This document shows, in pieces, positions 1 through 7,469 of a stretch of 64,000 nucleotides of DNA. Location: NCBI GenBank assembly GCA_020633655.1, contig JACKDF010000011.1:65827-129826 (forward strand). Reading direction: 5' to 3'. The stretch is from Deferribacteres bacterium (GTDB lineage Bacteria; Zhuqueibacterota; Zhuqueibacteria; Zhuqueibacterales; Geothermadaptataceae). Positions within the stretch are counted from its first letter, which is position 1; each line of letters starts with the position of its first letter. A model generated the notes under the pieces. It was not told the DNA's origin, did not search any database, and saw only the letters and a program-made list of their open reading frames with translations. The translations under genes and the position numbers were made by a program.

Positions 1-136
1 CCCCTGCGGATATTGCCCGCAGCCTCACCAAATCCCACCGTGTGAAATGGTGGTTTCTGGTGTTTTCAGCACTGGCATTCATTGCCGGACTTGGTTGTGC
101 GGTGAAATCTATTGTTCCAGCTTCATAATACAACCA

Positions 137-345
137 GGGCTGAATCAAAACATAAAAATGCTGTATCTGAATTTTTTTGCAAAGTCCATCGGAGGACAGA
201 TCAGCGAAAAAAGCTGGGACAAGGATCTGTTCTGCACAACACTTGATAATGTAACGCAAGTACTGAGTCAAATTTATGTACGCAACTGTCGGGCCCAATT
301 CTTCCAAAAGGGGAATTGACTGGCTAAACTTTCCGCCATAAATCA
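137..345. repeat. Partial, diverged copy of a ~300-bp MITE-like element (family with GGGGCTGWGTCAAAAC termini)
   Basis: The left end GGGCTGAATCAAAACAT starts at 137. The internal blocks GGACAGATCAGCGAAAAAAGC, CTTGATAAT and GGGGAATTGAC are colinear with the full copy at 7119-7426. The right terminus is not recognisable. Confidence 0.5.
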
Positions 346-403
346 AAACGACTACATCGAACGGCATATTTATTCATTAAAATTATCCATCTCAGGAGAT
401 AAA

Positions 404-610
404 ATGCCCGAACCGAAGATCCTCAAAGTGGAATGTGCCCACTGCGAAAAAATTTTCCATGCCCGTTCCGACCAGGAAGCGAAGGACGACTCGCCTGTGG
501 AAATCGCTGTCAATTGTCCCTATTGCGAAAAGCCGAATATCATACAAGTGCCGAAATTTATGACCCATAAAATGACCACTTATCGGGGTACCAAATCCCA
601 GGAACAATAA
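404..610 (+). CDS. Small Zn-ribbon protein (two CxxC pairs, MJ0042-like finger), probably co-transcribed with the CHAT-STAND gene
   Basis: 68-aa ORF with CAHC...CPYC. GGAG lies just upstream of the ATG. The stop is 15 nt before the start of the next gene on the same strand. Confidence 0.55.
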   Translation: MPEPKILKVECAHCEKIFHARSDQEAKDDSPVEIAVNCPYCEKPNIIQVPKFMTHKMTTYRGTKSQEQ

Positions 611-625
611 CACCTCGGGGGCGCC

Positions 626-3313
626 ATGCGTAATGCCTTGCCAATCACCATTTCTCCACAGCTGGACGATAACCAGCGCCGTAGCGCCGTTCGTTTGACC
701 AAAGAATTTAAGGACATGCTCGAGCAGCGGCCGGAAAGCAAAGAATCCGCTGCCGACAAAGAACGCCGTGGGAAAAAGTTCGCGCACACTTTCAACGAGC
801 TTGCCGGCACGCTTGGCGCGGCGCTTTTCGATTGTGTCGAGGGGGGCGCAGAAGCGTTCAAAGAAAAACTCGAAGACGCTGTCCTCAACACTGAATTTCT
901 GCAACTCAACATCACCGGCGACGAAACGATCCAAAGTCTGCCGTGGGAAGTGGCTGCCCACGCCGATCCGAAACTTGGCCTGCTCGCGCACAATCCCGAT
1001 ATTGCTTTTGTCCGCCGCACGCGAAAGTTCAGCAAAGAGTTGCGCAACCTGCCGCCAAAACCGCTGCGCATTTTGCTGTTTATCAGCGCACCGGAGGATC
1101 TTGATCCCGAAAAAGTGCGGTTGGACTACGAAGGCGAAATCAACAAAATTGAAGCGGCTTTGGATGAGGCCATTACTGCCGGAACCGTCGTTCTTGATAT
1201 TGCCGAAGACGGCCGTTTGAGCACCCTGGAGCGTTGGCTTGGCAGTCACACCTACCACGTTGTGCATTTCAGCATGCATGGCAACCGTGGCGAAATCGAT
1301 CTCCTCACCCACGAAGAAAAGCGACCACCGGCCTTGCATTTTGAAGACGAGCAGACAGGCAATGCCCGGGCAGTGAGTCCGGAGGAGCTGGCGGTCTGCT
1401 TCCAAAATGCGCAAAACCGCCCACCGCTGCTGGTGCTTTCCGCCTGCCAGACCGCCGATTTTGATTCCCGCGATGGCATAGCCTCCTTTGCCTCACGCAT
1501 GCACGCTGCCAATTTTGCTAACGTGATCGGCATGCAGCTTTCAGTGGCGGATAGCAGCGCGACAAAATTTGCCGTGGCGCTGTACCAGGCGTTGCTGCAG
1601 GATATGCCCCTCGATGCCGCCATGGCACGGGCACGGGCGGCTTTGAAAGACGACGGTTTGCAATGGAGCATTCCGGTGCTGCACTCCTCGCTGGAAGATC
1701 TGAACTGGAACAACGGCAGCAGCGAAAAAATACCGGCGCGACAACATGTGCGCGATATACAGATCGGGCAGATACCTTTCCGCAGCCAGGGCTTTATTGG
1801 CCGGCGGCGTTTTATCCGCGAGCATTACCGCCCCTGGGCCAGCGGACGCAATCCGCACTTGCTAATTCATGGCATTGGCGGCGTCGGCAAAACCACGCTG
1901 GCGGGGCATTTTGCCCTGCGCCTGCAACGGGAAAAAGCGGACACCGCCATTTTTACCCTGGCGCCGCCCTTTGAACTGGAAACATTGATTGAGCAATTGC
2001 AACAGGCTTGTACCGCTCACAACGTGGTCATTGAGGAAAAACAAAAACAGGCGGCCAGTGAGCCTATGCAGGTGGTTTCCTTGTATGTGCATGCGTTGGT
2101 TCCGGAATTAACCTGCATTTTTATTCTGGATAACCTGGAAGATGCCCTCGCTTTGGCGCCCATGGAATTTTTGCCGGATTTTAGCGAACTCGGCGATCTG
2201 GTTACCCTGCTCATCAGCCAGCCGAATACACACACGGTGCTCACCTGCCGCCACCCCATAAGCAGCGAAAGCGTGCGCGCCCACACCACACCGGCACCCC
2301 TCGGCGACGCCAGCCAGGGCGATATTTTGCGTTTGCTGCGCAACTGGGACTGGCCGCTCGAGGTGACACCAGAAGTGAAAAAGGATATTTACACCACCCT
2401 GGGCGGTAATTTCCGCAGTTTGGAGTGGTGCGCCTGCCTGCTCGGCCAGGCGCGTGACGGCGCCGACAGCACGGCCATGAGCCACAGCGGCTGGAACGCC
2501 CTGAAACAGGCCTACGAAAAAGAGAAAACGAAAACAGCGGAAGTGGCGACGCAACAGGTTGTGCAACATATGCAACAAAATCTGTTGTTTAACCACCTGC
2601 TCGATCTGCTTGCGGAAGAGGAACAAAAATTCCTCGCTAAAATGGCGTTGGAGGAAAACCTGGTGCCGGAAGATGCCGCCACAGCCCTGTGGCACGGCAA
2701 AAAAGCCTCAGCCTTACTCGACCGCTGCACCAGCCTGACCTTGCTGCAGCCCAGTCCGCACCCGTTCGGCTTGCTCTTTTATTTCACCCCGCCACTGGTG
2801 CGCGAACTGCTGCAAAAAAATATCCGGCTGTCCGTTGCAGAGGAAAAGGACGCCCACGCAGCGCTTGCCAGAATCTGGCGCTATTTCGGTGAACACGTAA
2901 CCCGGCTTATCACTGATGATTTATTTGCCATCTCCCATTTTGAACAGGCCGACTTGGTTCAAGAGGCTTTTATCCTGCGTGCTGATTTAGGGGCCCGACT
3001 TGTCGATAACCAGCGCTTTCGTGAGGGTTTTACAATGCTTTTACAATGCTATCAGCAGAATGCTGATGCAATGTCAACGAAGGCTTTAAATGAGCTTGGT
3101 CGATCGTTGCATTTACTAGGAAATTTAGATAGTGCGTTAGAAATCTACCAAAAGAATCTCATCACTCTTCAACAAATCGGCGATAAAAGCGGCGAAGGCA
3201 CGACGCTGAATAATATCAGCCAAATTTTCAAAGCACGGGGCGACTACGACACCAAATCTATGATGCAAAAGGCGACTACGACACTGCGTATCTTGAGCAA
3301 TCGCTTGCGATAA
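626..3313 (+). CDS. CHAT (caspase-like protease) - NB-ARC/STAND NTPase - TPR protein; ORF ends prematurely inside its own TPR repeat array
   Basis: VVHFSMHGN and LLVLSACQTA match the CHAT His/Cys dyad context. LLIHGIGGVGKTTLAGHFA is a P-loop and CIFILDNLEDA a Walker B. The C-terminal repeats are of the form GDKSGEGTTLNNISQI(F/Y)xAxGDYDT. The ORF runs 895 aa and stops at a repeat junction. Confidence 0.85.
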   Translation: MRNALPITISPQLDDNQRRSAVRLTKEFKDMLEQRPESKESAADKERRGKKFAHTFNELAGTLGAALFDCVEGGAEAFKEKLEDAVLNTEFLQLNITGDETIQSLPWEVAAHADPKLGLLAHNPDIAFVRRTRKFSKELRNLPPKPLRILLFISAPEDLDPEKVRLDYEGEINKIEAALDEAITAGTVVLDIAEDGRLSTLERWLGSHTYHVVHFSMHGNRGEIDLLTHEEKRPPALHFEDEQTGNARAVSPEELAVCFQNAQNRPPLLVLSACQTADFDSRDGIASFASRMHAANFANVIGMQLSVADSSATKFAVALYQALLQDMPLDAAMARARAALKDDGLQWSIPVLHSSLEDLNWNNGSSEKIPARQHVRDIQIGQIPFRSQGFIGRRRFIREHYRPWASGRNPHLLIHGIGGVGKTTLAGHFALRLQREKADTAIFTLAPPFELETLIEQLQQACTAHNVVIEEKQKQAASEPMQVVSLYVHALVPELTCIFILDNLEDALALAPMEFLPDFSELGDLVTLLISQPNTHTVLTCRHPISSESVRAHTTPAPLGDASQGDILRLLRNWDWPLEVTPEVKKDIYTTLGGNFRSLEWCACLLGQARDGADSTAMSHSGWNALKQAYEKEKTKTAEVATQQVVQHMQQNLLFNHLLDLLAEEEQKFLAKMALEENLVPEDAATALWHGKKASALLDRCTSLTLLQPSPHPFGLLFYFTPPLVRELLQKNIRLSVAEEKDAHAALARIWRYFGEHVTRLITDDLFAISHFEQADLVQEAFILRADLGARLVDNQRFREGFTMLLQCYQQNADAMSTKALNELGRSLHLLGNLDSALEIYQKNLITLQQIGDKSGEGTTLNNISQIFKARGDYDTKSMMQKATTTLRILSNRLR

Positions 3314-3850
3314 GACAACAAATCGGTGATAAAAGCGGCGAAGGCACGACGCTGAATAATATCAGCCAAATCTATGATGCGAAAGGCGACTACGACACCG
3401 CGCTTTCGTATCTTGAGCAATCGCTTGCCATAAGACAACAAATCGGTGATAAAAGCGGCGAAGGCACGACGCTGATTCAACAAACAAATCGGTGATAAAC
3501 AGCAAATCGGCGAAGGCACGACGCTGAATAATATCAGCCAAATCTATTATGCGAAAGGCGACAGCGACACAGCGCTTTCGTGTCTTGAGCAATCGCTTGC
3601 CATAAGCCAACAAATCGGTGATAAAAGCGGTGAAGGCAAGACGCTGAATAATATCAGCCAAATCTATTATGCGAAAGGCGACAGCGACACAGCGTCGTGT
3701 CTTGAAATCGCTTGCGCGGCAACAAAGGCAGCGGCGAGGCGACTGAATAATATTGGCAGGGTATACAGATCATGGGGAGACAATGAAAAAGCACTTAAGT
3801 ATTACGGACAATCGCTTGCGATTCAACAACAAATCGGCGATAAAAGCGGC
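3170..3850 (+). repeat. Tandem 120-bp (40-aa) TPR-coding repeats, near-identical at DNA level, with scrambled junctions
   Basis: CAACAAATCGG(C/T)GATAAAAGCGGCGAAGGCACGACGCTGAATAATATCAGCCAAAT recurs at 3170, 3317 and 3437, and again near 3610. The 3317 to 3437 spacing is exactly 120 bp. There are aberrant junctions near 3255, 3475-3520 and 3690-3740. Confidence 0.9.
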
Positions 3851-4141
3851 ATGATTGCGACATTGCATAATATGGCCCATATCGCCAAACAGAACGAAGA
3901 TTATAAGCAGGCAGTCGCCTCATTTTCAAAGGCATTGCTACTCGCGCAGGAAACACAACGCCCGTATGATATTTTTGATGAACTGAGAGACCTTGGTATT
4001 CTCCTGTGCCAGCTCGGCAACAAAAAACAGGGATTGCCACTGCTGCAGCAGGCGCTGCAGCTCGGTCAGCAGGTTGGCATCCCCGGCACGGAGCGCATCG
4101 CACAGATCATCGCCCACTTCAGCGGCACAGGCACGGCGTAA
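3314..4141 (+). pseudogene. Frame-broken continuation of the CHAT-STAND gene (remaining TPR units plus C-terminal tail)
   Basis: TPR-coding sequence continues in shifting frames. The last piece is an intact 96-aa ORF at 3851-4141 (MIATLHNMAHIAKQNEDYKQAVASFSKALLLAQE...), which still reads as TPR helices. Confidence 0.7.
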
Positions 4142-4190
4142 ATTCACTAAAAATGGAGCAGGGTGGGTGGGGGGAGGTGCAATAGTGGGA

Positions 4191-5784
4191 AGGTGCGACG
4201 CACTTCACGCCGAAAGGACTGCACATTGTGGAATCTGGTGTACACTCCGGGAGAAAGTGCGTCGCACCTGTGAACCCAACAGGTTACAGAGCTTGTCTGC
4301 ACTGAGCAAAGTCGACGTGCCCGGTTGAACCTGGTCCGGCTTCGGCATGCTCAGCCTCCGTGGTTTTTTACAGACTCCGAACTGCAAATCATAAAATCTG
4401 AACGAAGTGATGACGGCATTATCCACAGGAAGTCATTTTGCTTCGCCGGCTTTCAGCTCGCTTGCCTGCTTTTCGGCATACCGGAATCCCCGGTTTCCTG
4501 CCTCGTACAAAAAGATGCCGGGATTCGATAAAAAGCATCGAACCCGGCATGACGCCAAAAAAAGGAAAGGTGCGACGCACTTCACGCCGAAAGGACTGCA
4601 CAATGTTGAATCTGCTGCACATTCCGGGAGAAAGTGCGTCGCACCTGTGAACCCAACCGTTTACAGAGCTTTTCCGCACTGAGTACTGTCAACGTATGAG
4701 GGTGGGACCTGGTCCGGCTTCGGCATGCTCAGCCTCCGTTGGTTTTTTACAGCCTCCAAACTGCAAATCATAAAATCTGCACGAAGTGACGATGGCTTCG
4801 TCCATAGGAAGTCATTTTGCTTCGCCGGCTTTCAGCTCGGTTGCCCGCTTTTCGGCATACCGGAATCCCCGGGTACTTACCTCGTACAAAGGGATGCCGG
4901 GATTCGATAAAAAGCATCGAACCCGGCATGACTGCCAAAAAAACGAAAGGTGCGACGCACTTCACGCCGAAAGGACTGCACAATGTTGAATCTGCTGCAC
5001 ATTCCGGGAGAAAGTGCGTCGCACCTGTGAACCCAACCGGTTGCAGAGCTTATCTGCACTGAGCACGACCGACGTACCCGGGTTGAACCTGGTCCGGCTT
5101 CGGCATGCTCAGCCTCCGTGGTTTTTTTACAGACTCCGAACTGCAAATCATTAAATCTGCACGAAGTGATGACGGCATTGTTCACAGGAAGTCATTTTGC
5201 TTCGCCGGCTTTCAGCTCGGTTGCCTGCTTTTCGGCATACCGGAATCCCCGGGTGCCTGCCTCGTACAATAAGATGCCGGGATTCGATAAAAAGCATCGA
5301 ACCCGGCATGACTGCCCAAAAAACGAAAGGTGCGACGCACTTCACGCCGAAAGGACTGCACTTTGTGGAACCTGCTGCACATTCCGGGAGAAAGTGCGTC
5401 GCACCTGTGAACCCAACCGGTCACAGAGCTTTTCTGCACTGAGTACTGTCAACGCATGAGGGTGGAACCTGGTCCGGCTTCGGCATGCTCAGCCTCCGTT
5501 GGTTTAAACACTGTTCAGAATGCAAATCATTAAATCTGCACGAAGTGACGATGGCATCGTCCATAGGAAGTCATTTTGCTTCGCCGGCTTTCAGCTCGGT
5601 GGCCTGCTTTTCGGCATACCGGAATCCCCGGGTGCCTGCCTCGTACAAAAAGATGCCGGGATTCGATAAAAAGCATCGAACCCGGCATGACGCCAAAAAA
5701 AGGAAAGGTGCGACGCACTTCATTCTGAAAGAACTGCACAATGTTGAACCTGCTGCACATTCCGGGAGAAAGTGCGTCGCACCT
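4191..5784. repeat. Noncoding tandem array: four ~380-bp units (A-B-A-B pattern) plus a fifth terminal hairpin module
   Basis: AGGTGCGACGCACTT starts at 4191, 4568, 4948, 5328 and 5706, giving periods of 377, 380, 380 and 378 bp. Each copy pairs with AAGTGCGTCGCACCT about 49 nt downstream, a 15-bp perfect stem. Each unit also carries a second conserved hairpin, ATGCCGGGATTCGAT-AAAAAGC-ATCGAACCCGGCAT. Confidence 0.9.
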
Positions 5785-5911
5785 TGTTGCTTCAACTCTC
5801 CCAATTCCTGCCTAAAGCTTCTTCCCCTGTCCTAAAAAATACCTTGCAAAATGACCATAGGCTTGTTATTATTCATCTCAAAATGAACATATGTTCATAA
5901 ATAGGAACGTC

Positions 5912-6337
5912 ATGCGAAAGCCGTATCGAAAAAGAAGAATAGAAGAACCACCGAGTTTTCAACATTTCAAGCCTTGCGGCATCCCGAGGCGACAATTGAA
6001 AACCATCTCCATGAGTATTGATGAATATGAAGCGTTGCGTTTGGCGGATTATCAGGGTTTGAACCACGCACAGGCAGCGGAAAAAATGGCTATTTCACGG
6101 CCAACATTCACCCGCCTTATTGAAAAAACGCGACACAAAATCGCCACGGCAATTATCGATGGCATGGAGCTGACCATAGGTGGCGGCAACATTGAATTTG
6201 CCAACACCTTCCACCGCTGCCGTGATTGTGGCAACGAACGGCTCGGGCCAGCCCACAGAAAAAAACCAGATTGCCCGGCATGCGGCTCGACTCATTTCGA
6301 AGACACTGCGGAAGATTTCATGAAGAACGAAGAATAA
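5912..6337 (+). CDS. DUF134 (UPF0251) family predicted DNA-binding protein with C-terminal CxxC...CxxC
   Basis: MRKPYRKRRIEEPPSFQHFKPCGIP...EYEALRLADYQGLNHAQAAEKMAISRPTFTRLI is the typical DUF134 N-terminus plus sigma-70 region-4-like HTH. CRDC...CPAC follows at the C-terminus. An alternative ATG lies at 5891. Confidence 0.75.
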   Translation: MRKPYRKRRIEEPPSFQHFKPCGIPRRQLKTISMSIDEYEALRLADYQGLNHAQAAEKMAISRPTFTRLIEKTRHKIATAIIDGMELTIGGGNIEFANTFHRCRDCGNERLGPAHRKKPDCPACGSTHFEDTAEDFMKNEE

Positions 6338-6377
6338 GGTGGTGTCAAAAATACCATGAAAAAATAAAAAGAACACT

Positions 6378-6508
6378 GGGGCTGTGTCAAAACACATTAT
6401 TTTTGACCCAAACATCAATTTTCATAGAGCGAAAGCGTCCTCGCTGAGCGTAACGCACGTTTCACTCGGCGGGACGCCTTCGTTCTATTGATGTTCTGAC
6501 ACAGCCCC
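6378..6508. repeat. 131-bp MITE-like element Y1 with terminal inverted repeats
   Basis: GGGGCTGTGTCAAAAC...GTTCTGACACAGCCCC. The interior is homologous, in inverted orientation, to the copy at 20537-20664. Confidence 0.8.
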
Positions 6509-6651
6509 GAGACTGTCGAAAAACATGCAAATTCGGGCCCTGAGCTTGCCGAAGGGCCCGAATTCGAGCGTGGAAGCGGGCGTTTCGGCACTTCGACTTT
6601 ACTCAGTGCTGGCAAGCTCAACGTCCGGTTTATCCCTTTTTCAATAGTCTC
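6509..6651. repeat. 143-bp hairpin element X1
   Basis: The ends are GAGACTGTCGAAAAA...TTTTTCAATAGTCTC. An internal 11-bp perfect stem is AATTCGGGCCC-N13-GGGCCCGAATT. A near-identical copy lies at 20710-20852, and degenerate reverse copies sit inside every unit of the 4191-5784 array. Confidence 0.8.
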
Positions 6652-6688
6652 GTCAGTGTTGACACTATGTGACACAAGGAGAACGCGT

Positions 6689-7027
6689 ATGAACAAACGT
6701 TTTGCTGTCCCGACCATCGACGGGACATTATGCACGCATTTTGGCCATTGCCAAAAATTTGCCATCATAGAAGCCGATGATTCTAAAGTGATTAGCGAAG
6801 AAATTATTGATCCTCCGGCGCATCAACCCGGTGTTTATCCACAGTTCCTCGCACAATTGGGTGTAAATGTCGTCCTCTCCGGTGGCATGGGGCAGAAGGC
6901 TTTACAACTTTTTGCGCAAAATAACATCGAGGTGTACACGGGTGTGAATGCAGAATCGCCTACGAAGCTCGTTGAAAACTTTTTAAGCGACCAACTGCAG
7001 GCTGGTGCGAATCGCTGCGATCATTAA
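6689..7027 (+). CDS. NifB/NifX-family (dinitrogenase FeMo-cofactor biosynthesis-like domain) small protein
   Basis: MNKRFAVPTIDGTLCTHFGHCQKFAIIE...GVNVVLSGGMGQKA matches the NifX/NifB C-terminal-domain pattern. AAGGAGA lies upstream of the ATG at 6689. This family is the classic neighbour of DUF134. Confidence 0.75.
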   Translation: MNKRFAVPTIDGTLCTHFGHCQKFAIIEADDSKVISEEIIDPPAHQPGVYPQFLAQLGVNVVLSGGMGQKALQLFAQNNIEVYTGVNAESPTKLVENFLSDQLQAGANRCDH

Positions 7028-7118
7028 ATGAAGCATAGATGCGAGTTGAAGAAGCTACAACGCTTTTAAAAATAGTCATATAACCTGGATTATTTATGCG
7101 TTATTGAAAATTGTCGAT

Positions 7119-7426
7119 GGGACTGAGTCAAAACATAACTTTGCTGTATTAAAACACAAAACGCTGAATTTTGCTTTTCAAAGTCCACTCTCGGGAGGGG
7201 ACAGATCAGCGAAAAAAGCGAAGCGGTTTTTCGCGATCAGGGGTGGGTTCTGAGCAACTCTTGATAATTTACGCAAGCGCTGTGCTCAAAACTTACCTAC
7301 CCCGAGCCCTCACGGGCCCACCCCTTCCAGAAGGGGAATTGACAGGCGGTCGCTTTGCTCCGCCTGTTTTCAAGTATTCAAAAACTCGTAAATTTATGCA
7401 CTAAAACCATGTTTTAACACTGCCCC
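7119..7426. repeat. 308-bp MITE-like element Z1
   Basis: The termini are GGGACTGAGTCAAAACAT...ATGTTTTAACACTGCCCC. The interior is shared with 137-345. An internal hairpin is ACAGGCGG-N10-CCGCCTGT. Confidence 0.75.
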
Positions 7427-7469
7427 AATCATGGTAATTATAAATTAAGCCTTATAAAGGAATTAAGCA

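Noticed and set aside
47-319. 90-aa ORF at the window start and the 77-aa ORF at 7171-7404
   Set aside because: Both lie entirely inside copies of the ~300-bp MITE-like element, and the two are not conserved as protein.
392-3661. Long antisense or alternative-frame ORFs over the CHAT-STAND gene (392-1414 minus, 340 aa; 580-1071; 1252-1713; 2108-2695; 3244-3661 minus, etc.)
   Set aside because: These are typical shadow ORFs of a GC-rich gene and of its repeats. They carry no motifs, whereas the + strand frame carries clear CHAT, NB-ARC and TPR motifs.
4191-5784. Possible CRISPR array (regularly spaced palindromic repeats next to a TPR-CHAT-like gene, reminiscent of type III-E loci)
   Set aside because: The period is ~380 bp rather than ~60-75 bp. 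The 'spacers' are paralogous to each other, so the whole unit is repeated. The 79-nt hairpin module is far longer than a CRISPR repeat, and no cas genes are visible in the window.
4191-5784. Possible integron cassette array (hairpin sites resembling attC separating ~300-bp segments)
   Set aside because: There is no integrase. The hairpin ends do not show the RYYYAAC/GTTRRRY core sites. The intervening segments are homologous to one another and lack credible ORFs.
4205-5835. Many 60-116-aa ORFs on both strands inside the tandem array (e.g. MLRRLSARLPAFRHTGIPG..., MMTALSTGSHFASPAFSS...)
   Set aside because: They overlap each other in several frames, recur only because the DNA is repeated, have Arg/Ser/Pro-rich low-complexity composition, and resemble no family I know. 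I treat them as translation artefacts.
6095-6768. ORFs 6095-6418(-), 6415-6768(-), 20624-20881(+) and 20670-20897(-) with shared peptides (MMFGSK.M.FDTAP; INRTLSLPALSKVEV)
   Set aside because: The shared peptides are translations of the Y and X repeat elements. They overlap the 3' end of the real DUF134 gene or lie in intergenic DNA.
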